A stretch of DNA of 64,000 nt, from NCBI GenBank assembly GCA_025594325.1, contig JANHCV010000015.1, forward strand, positions 434,001 to 498,000, given 5' to 3'. Source of the DNA: Blastocladiella emersonii ATCC 22665. Taxonomy: Eukaryota > Fungi > Blastocladiomycota. The position numbers and the translations under genes are program-made. Position 1 is the stretch's first letter. Each line of letters starts with the position of its first letter. Shown here piece after piece: positions 44,500 to 56,468 of this stretch. The notes below the pieces were generated by a model. The model did no database searches. It was given only the letters and a program-made list of their open reading frames with translations, and was not told the origin of the DNA.

Positions 44500-46278
44500 A
44501 TGGATCAGACTTCCGGCAACGTCCAGCCGGGACCCAATGCAACGCTGCCGCCGCTCGCGGCAGCACAGCTCGCTGGTCACGCGGCGGCGGCCGAAGCGCA
44601 AATCGCGGGCGAGCCGCGACCTGCTTCACTTCTACCGCTTTCCCAACCTCGACTGGACGCGAATACGCTCCGGTTGCGTGGCGACTTGTTGGACGCGAAT
44701 CAGCGACTTGCCGCCAAAGAGCGCATCGCGGTCGTCCTCCGCACAGAGTGCGACCAGCTTGGCAACGAGCTCGCCGAAGCGCGGCGGCGAGTGCGTGAGC
44801 TCCAAGATGCCCATGCGACCGAGCTTGCCGCCGTTCGCGCCCAACTCGGCTCCGCGATCCGCGAACGTAACGACGCGACCGCATCAACCGAGGACCTCGG
44901 CACCCAGCTTCGCATCGCCAACGTCAAGCTCGCCGCTTCTGACGAACTTCATGAGCTTGCCGATACTCGCGCCTCTCGACTCAAGACGGAGCTGGACAGG
45001 GTTCGGAACCATACGCTTACACCTGCTCCCGAGATTGCTTCTCTTACGAACGAGCTTGCTGTCGCGCAACAACAGCTGGCGCAGGCCACGACGAAGCTCG
45101 AAGCGGCCGAAACTCGTGCTGCCACGCTTGCCGCCGAGCTCGATACGACTCAGCTTGCTCTCACGCAGTCTCGCGACGACCAGGCCAAGGTTTCCGCTTT
45201 GCTCTCGACCGCCGAGGGCGACATCGCCAGCTTGACGACGCAAGTCGACGAGATGACCGCGAACCGCGACGATCTTGCGGAACGACTTGCTTTGTCCGAA
45301 TCGCGACTTTCTAAACTGACTCCGGAGCACGACGCGGCCCTGCGCAAGCTTGAGCAGGCCGAGTCTGCGGCGAACGCTTCAGCCGTCGAGCTTGCTGCCG
45401 TCAAGGCGGCGCACGATGCGACGCTTCGTACGCTGGCCGAATCCAAGGCGCGGGTCGACGAACTTACCTCTCCCTCAATTACATCTGAGCAATCGACAGC
45501 AAAGCTTACCGACCAGCTCAATGTTGCCGAATCGAGCTTGCTTACGCAGAACGCGCGTGTGACGGACTTGCAGACCGAGCTTGATCAGAATCGCGAGGAG
45601 TGTCGCTTGCAATCCGAACAGCTTGCAGAGCTTCAAGTCAAGCATGACACTGCTCTTGTTCAGCATGCGGCTGCCAAGGCCGAACATGGGGCAGCTGCAG
45701 CTGAGGTCCTTCGTCTCAAGTCGGAAATCTGGCGGCTTTCCGCTGCGATAGAACAAGGCGTCTGGTACCCAGAGTTTACCAATGAAACGATTGCGCGCTG
45801 GGCCGGCGTGGATCCGAGCACCGTGATTGAGAAACATCCGCTTTCTGCAGCGCTTCAAACTCTCTTGGTCAAGGTTCGGGTTTCCACGTTGCATATCTTT
45901 CGGTGTATCGAATCGGGGAAAATCCCGTACTCCGCTGCGATTCGTGGAGAGTGGTCCGCCGTCCGTGTTCAAATCGACACATCATTCGTTGAGCGGGAGA
46001 GCGCCCATCTTGCTCGCTGTTTGGAGCTCTTCAAGGAGGCAGACGCCGAAGCCCTTAAGCTCACCGATTGCGCCCGGGACCGGTTGGGTCGTATGCTCGC
46101 CGATGCTGCTGCAAAGGAAGCAGGTGATGCAGGCGCACCAGCAACCACGTCAGCACCCACACCATCAACCACGCCATCACCCGCCCCAACGACCACGCCC
46201 GCAGCGTCTGGGGCTCAACCGGCTCCAAGCGGGCCTGAAGGCCCTCGCCGCTCAAAGCGACGCCGGACGGGAGCATAG
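44500..46278 (+). CDS. Coiled-coil family copy 9 (subtype B), intact
   Basis: aacgaagctaATG (MDQTSGNVQPG), heptads, WAGVD...HPL...IRGEWS domain, terminal RRSKRRRT. Confidence 0.8.
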   Translation: MDQTSGNVQPGPNATLPPLAAAQLAGHAAAAEAQIAGEPRPASLLPLSQPRLDANTLRLRGDLLDANQRLAAKERIAVVLRTECDQLGNELAEARRRVRELQDAHATELAAVRAQLGSAIRERNDATASTEDLGTQLRIANVKLAASDELHELADTRASRLKTELDRVRNHTLTPAPEIASLTNELAVAQQQLAQATTKLEAAETRAATLAAELDTTQLALTQSRDDQAKVSALLSTAEGDIASLTTQVDEMTANRDDLAERLALSESRLSKLTPEHDAALRKLEQAESAANASAVELAAVKAAHDATLRTLAESKARVDELTSPSITSEQSTAKLTDQLNVAESSLLTQNARVTDLQTELDQNREECRLQSEQLAELQVKHDTALVQHAAAKAEHGAAAAEVLRLKSEIWRLSAAIEQGVWYPEFTNETIARWAGVDPSTVIEKHPLSAALQTLLVKVRVSTLHIFRCIESGKIPYSAAIRGEWSAVRVQIDTSFVERESAHLARCLELFKEADAEALKLTDCARDRLGRMLADAAAKEAGDAGAPATTSAPTPSTTPSPAPTTTPAASGAQPAPSGPEGPRRSKRRRTGA

Positions 46279-46590
46279 CTTCTGAACCAACTGTCTCATG
46301 TTTCTGTACTGTTCATTGCCTGATACACATTTAGTTGTCTCGTCTAACGTCCGTGAGCGAGGAAAACGCGTGAGTGTCTCATGTCTCTCGCGGTCAGCGT
46401 GACCTGAAACGTGATTTCGCGACGCGTCCCGAGCCGCTCGGTGCCAGCGACCGAGCCCATTTCGCGTTCACGCACAATTGCTGACCCGACGTAGTTGCTT
46501 GTCACCAGCGGCTGAAAACTCAAGTCGCGGACGATATTGGGGGAGCAAAACTGATGATGATTCTCTATACACGCTGCTAGCTCTACACCC

Positions 46591-49070
46591 TCACCCCCGC
46601 GCAGGCGCCTTCTTCCCCTTCTTCTCCTTCGCCCCCTCGCTGCCGATCCGCTCGCGGCGCAACCGCTGCACAACCTCGGCCATAGCCTCGACGCGCTCGA
46701 CTCGGCCCTGGCTGACGTACAGGAGCTGGTGGGTCCCATCGAGCCGTTTCGCCTCGTACTCGCGGTTGACGCGCTGGACCTCGGCCTCGGCGGCATCCTC
46801 GCCGTCCTCGCCCCCACCCACGTCCTCGTCACCGATCGCGCCGCCCTCGATGACGCGCTGGACGAACCAGACGTCGTGCGAGACAATGACCACCGCGCCC
46901 TCGAAGTTGCGGATCGCGCGGGTGAGGGCGACGATACTCGCCATATCCTGGTGATTCGTGCCCTCGTCACAAACGATCACGTGCGGGTTCGCGACACACG
47001 CGCGGGCGAGCGTCAGCTTCGCGCGCTGGCCGCCGCTGAGCTGCGCGACGGGGACGTGCCCGAGACTGCCGAGCCCGAACGCGCCGAGGTGCGCGTGCGG
47101 GTCGGTCGCGGGGATACCCGCGGCGCGCTGCCATTCGGCGACGAGCGCCGCGGGGGTCGCGGACTCGGGGACGTCGTCGAGCAGGTGCTGCGCCATGAAC
47201 CCGACGCGGACGCCGGGCGCCGTGGTCACGGTGCCCGAGGACACGGGCAGGGTGCCAGCGATCACGCTGGCGCACACGGTCTTGCCCTGGCCGTTCCGCC
47301 CAACGAGGGCGATGCGGGAGCGCGGGGCGAGCGACAGGGTCACGCCGGCGAGCGCGGGGGCGGCGGCGCCGCGGAACTTGACGCTGACGTTGTCGAGCTG
47401 CATGAGCATGGCGCCGCCGGGCCCGCCCGTCGACCGACGCGCGGCCGGGGTCGGGAACTTGAAGACGACGCGCGGGTCCGGGACCTCGAGCTGGACGGCG
47501 GGGCGGACGTCAAAGAAGTAGCCCGCGCGGTTGCTGACCTTGAACTTTTTCCCGTCGAGCGTCTTCTCCATGCCGAGGCGGTCGATGCGTTTCGCCTTGG
47601 ACGCGGCCTGGTTGAGGGCCTTGTCGTTGCCCGTGGCCTTCGCGATGCGGACGTTGCGGGTGATCTGCGCCTGGAGGCGGGCGCGGTTCTTCTCGATGTT
47701 CAGGGCTTGGCGCTCGAGGTTGGTGCGCATCTCGCGCGACGCGGCCTCGTACGCCGATAGCGTGCCGTCAAAGTACGTCAGCTGCTTGTCCTTGAGCCAG
47801 ATCAGCTCCTCGCCCACGGCCTCGATGAAGTCGCGGTCGTGCGAGATCACGACCACGGTCTGCGAGAGGGTTTGGATGTACTCCTGGAGCCTGTTTTGGG
47901 GTTTGGGGGTTAGTGATCGGCCGCGGGCGGGAGCGAAAGACGAGAAGGAGTAGCGTACCAGAGCTTGGACGGCAAGCAGAGATTGTTCGTCGGTTCGTCA
48001 AAAACCGTGATGTCGTGCGAGTCGAGGAACAGCGCGCGCGCGAGTCCGGCACGCATACGCCACCCGCCCGACAGACTGGCGAGCGTCTGGTGCATGGTCT
48101 GGTCGGTGAACCCGAGCCCGGACAGGATCGACTTGGCGCGGGCCTCGCGCTCGTCGTCGTTGTACTGCTCGAGGTGCTCGTAGCACTCCTCGAGCAGCTG
48201 GTGCGCGTCGGCGACCGTCGGCAGCTTCACGTCGCCCGCGGCGCTCGGGTCGAGCGAGGCGACGGCGTCGACGAGCGCGTCGAGCTGGTTCTCGGCGGCG
48301 ATCAGGTCGGTGCGCGCCACGGCGCCGCGTGCGCCCGAGCGGTGGTCGGCGATCCGGCGGGCCTCGACGAGCCGCTCGGTCGCGCGGCGGACCCAGATGG
48401 CGTATGCGGCGGCGACGGCGGCGGCCGGGGTGCCGTCGTCGAGCAGCGCGTGCTCGAGCGCCGTGACGTCGGCCTTGAGCTGGTTGTAGACCGTGTCGGC
48501 GGCGAGCAGAACCGAGTACGGCGTGCCGTCGGTGCCGACGGAATCGGCGGCGTGCTGGTCGACCATGACGACGCGCACGTTGGCGGGGAACCCGGTCATG
48601 CGCAGCGACGCGATCGAGCGGAGAAGACACGACTTGCCGGTGCCGTTCATGCCGCACAGGACGTAGCGGCGGCCGGTGCGCAGCACGAGGCGCGCGTCCG
48701 ACACCAGCTCGCGGCCGGCCATGGACACGGTGACGCCCTCGAGGATCACGTCGCGCAGCTCCGTCTCGAGCGTCGCCTCGTGGAACCGCGAGACCTGCGA
48801 CGTGGCGACGAGCAGGTTGTCGTCGTCGGCGACGGCGAGGGCGGCGGCCGAGGCGCGCGTCGTGGTCGGGGTGGGGCCATCGGCGGTGGCGGGTGCCGGC
48901 GACGCCGTGGCCTTGCGCGAGCGCGCGGACGCGGGCTTCGCGGCCTTGGAGGCGGCGCGCGAGGCCTTGGCGGCGGCGCGCGCGGCCTTGCCCGAGAGCG
49001 GGGCCTTGACCTCGTCCTCGGTGAAGAGCTGGACGGCGGGGCGGGTCGACGAGCGCTGGCCGAACATCAT
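46591..49070 (-). CDS. ABC-F family ATPase (two NBDs, no TM domain); exons 49070-47959, 47890-46591
   Basis: Walker A GMNGTGKS and GRNGQGKT; signatures LSGGWRMR and LSGGQRAK; DEPTNNL and DEGTNHQD; ISHDR and VSHD. A gtacgc...cag intron joins the two ORFs in frame. Confidence 0.9.
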
Positions 49071-49879
49071 GTTGGCGGTTGGTCGGTGGCGCAGGGCGGG
49101 TGGTGATCGAGGTGAGGGCCCAGGGAGTGCCGACCTATATAGCGGTCCCTGCGCGATGCATGGGTTGATTCATTCGGCGAAGATGGCGGGGAGAGGCGAG
49201 AGCGGCGCCGGTTGACTCAACGGAATCGCGACGCGGCGAGACGCGTTGAAACCGGGCGAAACCAACGCAAACCAGCCCCGTGACTCGAAACCAGCGGGCC
49301 ATCCGCCGGGCTTCGCGGAGGCAAGCCACGCACACGTCGAGTGGCTCGCGCGCTGTGGCTGCCCGCGGGCTGACCGCCGATCCGGCGCCGTGGGCCCACC
49401 GCGGCCCTGCCGTTCGTGCGCGACCCCGCCGTCCGCGGCGCCCCGCATCGTCGACATCGGCGGCATCGCGTCCACGAACGGCGATCCGTCGTGCCTCAGC
49501 TCGCTCGCGCGGGTCGGCCGGCCTCGCGGCGTGGGGAACGAGCGCCTCCTCGCGGGCCTGGGGGAGAGTGTAACCTTCCCGGGCAACTCTGTTGACCGCA
49601 GCGCTCCGCAGGGCATAAAATCTTGTTTGGTGTGCCAAGAGGGGACGGCCGCTTCTGCCGACGGACGGGTCGGCTTGCCCCCCCCCTCAAAACGGCGTGC
49701 CGTCCCCTCGTCACCCTTCCGCTCTCTCCCCGCCAGTCGCTGCCCGCTGCCCGTTGCTCGTTCTACACAGGTTCGCGCTGATCCTCGGAAGGCTGGCTCG
49801 CGCTCCCGTGCTCACTTCGCTCCCCGTTCTCTCTCGATTCAGGCAGACTGCCCGACGTCTAGAACCCCCCACCCCCACC

Positions 49880-51631
49880 ATGAAGCTGCTCCTGACCCCG
49901 CTCGCCCTCGTGGCGACGCTGGCGACGCTGGCCGCCGGCCTCGCCGTCGACAACTTCTCCAACACCGGCGAGACCAACCTCATCGGCGTGTGGCGCGGCG
50001 GCGAGGGCGTGACCGTCCGCGTCGGCGGCGCCGTCATCAACCCCGGCGGCTACTGGGCCGAGGTCGTCTCGCCCGACACCACATGCTCGGCGCCCATCAC
50101 CTCCATCACCTTCAAGTACACGGCCACCGCCGCCTCGTCCTCGTCCGTCGAGTACCACATGCGCGCCGCCTCGTGCACCGGCGGCCGCGTCGCCACCGCC
50201 ACCGCCAACTTTGCCGTCTCGGCCTCGGGCGGCACCGTCACCATCCCGCTCTCGTCGTTTGCCGGCGCCAACGCTGCGCGCGCCCACGCCTTTGTGATCA
50301 AGGGCCCCGCCGCCGGCGCCATCACCATCACGTCGTTCGATATCGCCACCTCGGGCACCACCCCGCAGCCCACGTCGACCTCGACCACGCCGCAGCCCAC
50401 CAACCCCGCCGGCCAGTGCATCCTGACCTCGGGCCAGTGCTCGGCCCTCAAGGTGTGCCCCGCCGGCGAGTGCTGCTCGCAGTACGGCTACTGCGGCACC
50501 ACGTCCGCCTACTGCGGCACCGGGTGCCAGTCGCAGTGCAACAAGGTGGCGATCCCGGGCCTCGTCGCGTGCGGCTCGACGCCGCCCTCGCCCACCTCGA
50601 CCTCGGCCACGCCCTCGCCCACCACCAACCCCGGCGGCCGCTGCGTGCTGCCCAACGACTTTACCCAGTGCTCGGCGACCCAGCTGTGCCCCAACGGCCT
50701 GTGCTGCTCGGAGTACGGCTGGTGCGGCGCCACCGCCGAGTACTGCACGTCCAACTGCCTGTCGCAGTGCGACAACAAGCCCGTCCTCGGCCTCCCCGTC
50801 TGCGGCTCGTCCACCGTGCCGCCCACCACCTCGACCGCCTCCGTCACCCCCGTCCCGACCGGCTCGTTCCCCGTCCCGCCCGCCGACTCGCGCAACTGGG
50901 TCCCGTCCACGGCCCTCAAGAACCCCAACATCGAGTACGGCAACTTTGGCATGATCAACTCGTGCGGCTGGCCCGGCATGGTCGCCCCCACGCTCGACGA
51001 CGGCCCGCACCCGTCCTACACCAACACCATCCTCAGCCTCCTCTCGGCGGCCGGCGTCAAGACCACCTTCTTCATGATCGGCGCCAACGTCCGCGATAAC
51101 GCCGATATCGCCCGCAACGTGCTCGCCCAGGGCCATCACCTGGCGAGTCACACTATGAATCACGCCGATCTTGCGACCCTCCCGCTCGCCGACGCCAAGG
51201 CCGAGATCGACAACGCCGCCGCCGCCATCACCGCCGCGACGGGGGTTCGCGCCCGCTTCTTCCGCCCGCCCTACGGGTCCATCAACCAGGACGTCATGAA
51301 CTACCTGACCGGCGCCGGGTACCGCGTCATCTACTGGAAGTACGTGTACTCGAGGAGTGTCCTTGCGTCGTCTACCGATGAATACTGACCCTGACCCTCG
51401 TCCCGCAGCCTCGACACCAACGACTGGCGGACGACCACGACGACCGACTCCATCGTCGAGTACTACCGCACCAACGCCGTCAACCCCGCGTCGCGCAGCT
51501 ACATCTCGCTCCAGCACGACATCCACCTCAAGACCTCGCAGGGCTACGGTCGCTGGCTCGCCCAGATCAAGGCGAACGGCTTCACCTCCGTGCCAATGTA
51601 TCTGTGCCTTAACGAGCGCAGTTACCAGTGA
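49880..51631 (+). CDS. Secreted chitin/polysaccharide deacetylase (CE4) with unknown N-terminal domain and two CBM18 modules; exons 49880-51339, 51409-51631
   Basis: Signal peptide [15 protein letters not shown]; two hevein motifs ([18 protein letters not shown]) with P/T linkers; CE4 motifs TLDDGP, HTMNH, RPPYG, DTNDW, LQHD all present. Confidence 0.92.
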
Positions 51632-52373
51632 GCCGTACTATTGTATTATTGCGGTCCCTGGTACTTCTCTGCTCCTCGCGCTCGCTCCTAGAAGCGCGGG
51701 AGCACCCATTTCCCCTCCTAGCTTCACATCCAATCGCCTCCATCACCTTCCCACCCTTTTTGCCCATGTGCCGATCGAATTTGTACACAGATGTTGCTTG
51801 TATCATCCTCGCTGTTCCTCTCTCGCTCAGGTCTGCGCGCTCAGCTTTGAATCGGTGTGGATATCATCATGCCGTCGCGAGTGACCGTAGTCGCGACCAT
51901 GGCTGCGGCGGCCGCCGACCGTCCGCGGTTTCCTGGATCGACGCCACCTCGCGTGCGCTTCGATACAGCTCATCTATGCACCCGTGAAGGTTGTGTGAGA
52001 AAACATCGAACTCGAACTTCGGGTTGAGGGTTGACCGCAGTCGACGCGACGCGCTCCGTCGCTGATCGACATGAGCGACGCGTCGCGCCACGCGAACATT
52101 GAGCGGACGCGTCTCGCACCGTCTCCCACCCCACCGCGCGTGGCTCGCCTTCGCTCGGCGAAGACATGCCATCGTGTCTCTTTGCTCAACGCGTCTCGCG
52201 TGCGTCGCCGACACATGGCAAGGCGGGACCCTGTGAAGTCGCTGAATCTGTGCGATCGAGCAACGCACGACCCAGCTGCGCCGCGATCTGGCCTGCCTCC
52301 GCTCTCCGTGATCTCGCTCTCTGCGAGCGGGGCAGTTGATTCAAAGTGCTGCATGAAGCTTATGAAACTGTAG

Positions 52374-52903
52374 TTGCCCTCATCTGCAACCTATCGGGCG
52401 CCGACGCTGCGACTCAACCCCGACCCGCGCGTCTCCATCGACCTCAGCGCCAGCTACACGCTGGAGGCGCTTGGCCGTACGCGCACATTACACCGGCTCG
52501 CAGCGGCCGTGGCTAACCATACCTCCACCCGCGGGTAGGCTCGCCCTCGTCCGACGCGGGTGCCGCCTGGACGCCGTCGCGCCCCGTCAAGCGTCGCCAT
52601 GACGAGACGGCGCGCGAGGACTCTGTGCAGGGTACGCCGCCACGACCCGAACCGGCGAGCACACACTCACGCGACGTGCGTACCGTAGACGACGACGAGT
52701 CCGACACGGAGCTCGTCGAGAACAGCGACGGTGTCTTCGTCGAAGTGGACCGCAAGCGGCCCATGTACGAGATCGGCGACCTGTTGCCCGCCGCCACCGA
52801 CACGGGCGCCCGCTTCGGCCAGGTCCACACCGGCGACGCACACTACTTTGTCGTCAAGTACACGAGCCGCGCCGTGAGTGCGCGTGAAACGATCGTCTCC
52901 TAA
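52374..52903 (+). CDS. Hypothetical spliced ORF, 5' end unresolved; exons 52374-52476, 52539-52903
   Basis: A gtacgc...gctaac...tag intron joins an upstream open frame to ORF 52625-52903; host-like codon bias; no family recognised. Confidence 0.4.
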
Positions 52904-53352
52904 AGAACCCTTTGTGAAGAAGCGACCGAAGAGTGTGAAAGCCTCGCCGTCAGTGCCACAAAACCTGAATTACACGAACGCGTCGTGAACAATCTGTTTC
53001 TGCGAAACTTGGAGCGGCGATGAGTCGCGCGAGGACGCGCCGGTTAGGTGCACGTGCGCCGGTCACCGCTTGACCCTTTTTCCCGTCCCTGAACGCACGT
53101 CATCCTGAGTCAAAATGACGGCCCCGCCGCAGCAATGAAACGGCCCGCGGTCTTTAACCGCAGCGGCTCAGTGTGCGGCAAGGCGGGCACGCGTGCACGA
53201 ACGACGCGCGAATAGACTTCAAACTTGGCGTCTGTCCCAAACCGCGCGACACCTGTTTGTGCCGACCGTATAAAGACCGGGGGCTCCCCCGCCCGACCTC
53301 GACTCTCCACTAGCGAACTATCCACTTCGCCACGTAGCCAACGCGAAAGAAA

Positions 53353-53593
53353 ATGCGCCCCGTCAAGACCCTCCTCGCGCTCGCCGTCGTCCTCGGCCTC
53401 GCCCTGACCGGCGTCTCGGCTGCCCCCGCCAAGACTGACCCCGAGAGTGCCTCGATCACTCGTATGACTCGCCTCAAGCTGCAGGCACTCCCATCAACCG
53501 CTACTGACCTCAAGTTCTTTCACTTCCCGTTTCTTAGGTACCGACAACCATGGCCCCATTCAGCCCGAGGAAACGCTTATTCGTGGGTGGTAG
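53353..53593 (+). CDS. Peptide family member 6 lacking the whole Cys array (deletion derivative); exons 53353-53461, 53538-53593
   Basis: TATAAA at 53269; signal exon close to peptide 3; intact phase-1 intron; exon 2 reads RTDNHGPIQPEETLIRGW* with no Cys. Confidence 0.75.
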
Positions 53594-53744
53594 ACGACCA
53601 GGGCACATCACGGGTTTGAGGTGTATGAATAAATCAGTTGCATGAAATCCCGTTGCAAATTGCGAGTAAGCGTAGGGCGGTCATGATTGAGAGAGCTACG
53701 TCAGAGAGCTTCAGCACGCAAGCGCAGGAGCCCATCATTAACAT

Positions 53745-55060
53745 TCAGATACCTGAGCTCCCGAAACGCGCCCCGAAAAAAACTGTCTCGCGCGCGTCAC
53801 GTGAAATCCGGGTGCCGATCGCGAGACACCAGCCACCAAGCCGTGACGTGGCGCAGCGCGGCGCATGTCCGCGGCGCCCCACCGCCGCCATCGATCCCGC
53901 GCCACACCGCGTCCCCCATGGGCCCCGGCTGGCATCACCCTGCGCCTCGGGCAAGTCGGTGGGCGCAACCGCTGCGGTTCGGCGCACCGCCGTGGAGCCA
54001 CACCGCGCGACTGCTGCGGTTCGGCGCAGCGCTGGAGCCACGGCGTCACGTCCGCTGCGTCAGTGGTCGCTTTCAAGTCGTGCTTGCGAGTACCTTGTCG
54101 GTAGTTGTTAGTAGGCCGGGAAGATGGGGCGACGATTCCGACGCCGAGCGCTATAAAGATCACGTTCCCCGCCGCCCACCTCGAGTTGATCCAGTATACC
54201 ACTCACAGCAGCAGCAAAGCGAGCCGGTCTCCTTTGCACACCTCAATCCAACCGACCGAACACTCTCGCTCACCTCTCCAACATGACGTTCGGTCTCATC
54301 GCGTACAAGAAGGCGCTGCTCAAGGGCGCGATTGTCGGGCACGCTGGTGGGCACGCGAATGGCGGCTTCAACGGGCACGCAAATGGCGGCTTCAACGGGC
54401 ACGCAAATGGCGGCTTCAACGGGCACGCAAATGGCAGCTTCAACGGGCACGCAAATGGCGGGTTCAATGGGCACGCAAACGGCGGCTGGAACTCGGGCCA
54501 CTCGGGCAACTGGAACTCGGGCCACAACGGCAACTGGAACTCGGGCCATGGCGGTCCCCCGGGCCATCCGGGCCCCGGCCACGGCGGCCCGCCGCACTCG
54601 CACTCGGGCGGCAACTCGCAGCACTGGGACGGCTCGAGCCAGTGGTCGTCGGACTGGAGCAGCGGCGGCAACTGGAGCAGTGGCGGCCAGTGGAACAGCG
54701 GCGGCAGCTGGCAGCACGGCGGCAATGGCGGCGGCCAGTGGTCGCACGGCGGCGGCCCGGGCTACGGCCGCCACCAGCGCGACGACGAGTTCTCCATCTT
54801 CGACTCGTCCTCGTCCTCGTCGTCGGGCGACGCCTCGCAGCAGCTCGATGTCGGCGCCTCGTTTGATGTTGGCGCTGACGTGAACGCCGATGCCTTTGTC
54901 TCGGCGGGCGTCGATCTCTCGTCGGGCGTCGACGCGGACGCCGTGATCTCGGCCACGACCAGCACCGGCGCCGTCGTCTAAGTCGAAGCTTGCAAGCGCG
55001 CGGGACGCGCCGAGCTCGAGTGATGTCATGTAATTATTATTCAAATCGTTTTTCAAACCT
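53745..55060 (+). repeat. Segmental duplication copy B, paralogous to 9185-10500
   Basis: Colinear with copy A; boundaries approximate. Confidence 0.85.
54283..54981 (+). CDS. Gly/Asn/His/Trp-rich low-complexity protein 2
   Basis: 232 aa, near-identical to 9722-10417; TATAAA at 54152. Confidence 0.85.
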   Translation: MTFGLIAYKKALLKGAIVGHAGGHANGGFNGHANGGFNGHANGGFNGHANGSFNGHANGGFNGHANGGWNSGHSGNWNSGHNGNWNSGHGGPPGHPGPGHGGPPHSHSGGNSQHWDGSSQWSSDWSSGGNWSSGGQWNSGGSWQHGGNGGGQWSHGGGPGYGRHQRDDEFSIFDSSSSSSSGDASQQLDVGASFDVGADVNADAFVSAGVDLSSGVDADAVISATTSTGAVV

Positions 55061-55911
55061 CTCCCTTGTGAATCTCGATGCGTCGGACGTCCGCATTTGA
55101 GAGTGGAAGTTGTTGCCTCTAGGCCAGTATCGCATGACCAAAGCCAGTGAGGTGCAATACACCGCTGGAGTCATGCATTTATCAGCCCCTATCATCGACT
55201 AGCTTGGGAGCAGGGCAACGAAACGAAATCCCCTCACCCGCTCCAGCGGCGGTTTCCGAGACGTGTCGCTCATACGCACGTGACTATGGCGATCCCGTCA
55301 AGTCCTTCACGACCGGCTCTCGTGCGCGAGCTCCCACGTGCTCGTGTTGCACTGTTCTACACGGATGTGCCTCGTTGGTAGTCCCGGTTAGAACGTGATT
55401 CTGCCAGCAAGGAACACCCGCCACGATGAAGCGGTTCACGCGCATGCACTTGCAGGCGCACGTCAGATTTGGAAGCTGCAGTCGATGGCACTGGTCAGGC
55501 GTATTTCCTTGTGCGGTAAGAGACCAGCCGCAAAATGACAAGCGAGCGAAGCGCTCGAGGTGAACACAGCATCGGCGATGCAGCTGTTGCGGAGCAGCCA
55601 ATCAGGTTCCAGGGCAGCCATAAACTTGGACCCGCCGCGCTTCTAGTCGCGTGCGAGACGCAGGGAGATTCATGCGTGGAAAGCGATCGTACAACCTGAG
55701 ACGCCGTCGGAAGTTAGACGCGGTTTCTTTAACGGAAAGCAAAAGCGCGTGTGGTTCCGCTCAGCTAACTGTCAAGAAAGAAGGTTCATGCGTTCGCTCA
55801 TGCGCTGAGGAGTTTGAGCTGCGAAGGCACGGGGCGTATAAGAGAGCGCCGCTCCCCGCCCTCTCCTTGGTGCTGCACCACCAACTCGACTTCGAGAGCC
55901 AAGCCTTGAAC

Positions 55912-56214
55912 ATGCTCGCCACCAAGACCATCCTCGCCTTCGCCGTCGCCCTCTGCCTCGCCGTGACCGGTGTTGCGGCTGCTCCCACTGCTCCTGGTGC
56001 CGACGGCGCTACTATCACTAGTACGCACGAACGACCCGGTCACCGAACAACGTTGAGGGACTGATGACGGGTCGGCCCCGCAATAGATTCCGATCTCAAG
56101 TGCTGGCGCCCGTGCGTGACCGGCTGCAACAAGCAGTGCGACACAAGCGAGTGCCGTCACACGTGCTACGCAGACTGCGATGTTATGTGCCGCAACGACC
56201 CCATCTGGCAGTAG
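55912..56214 (+). CDS. Small secreted Cys-rich peptide 7 (8 Cys); exons 55912-56020, 56087-56214
   Basis: MLATKTILAFAVALCLAVTGVAAAPTAPGADGATIT; phase-1 intron gtacgc...ctgat...tag; NSDLKCWRPCVTGCNKQCDTSECRHTCYADCDVMCRNDPIWQ*. TATAAG at 55837. Confidence 0.9.
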
Positions 56215-56468
56215 GCCGCTTCTCGTCCGCGCGACCAGCCACGACCGACGCCAGCTCATTCCGGAGCGGTGGCCAAGAGTTGAGTGAGTGTGATTCATAA
56301 TGTATATGCGCTCGCGCAGCTTGTTGTATTCAATGACTCTACGGCTGCGAGAGCGAGGCAGCCCTGCTGGTGGGCGACGTGTTGCTCACTGGCACGTGAT
56401 CGAGGGTCACCAGCCACGCGAGACTCGCCCCTCGCCCGCTCTGCAAACATGTACCATACGCCAAACCA

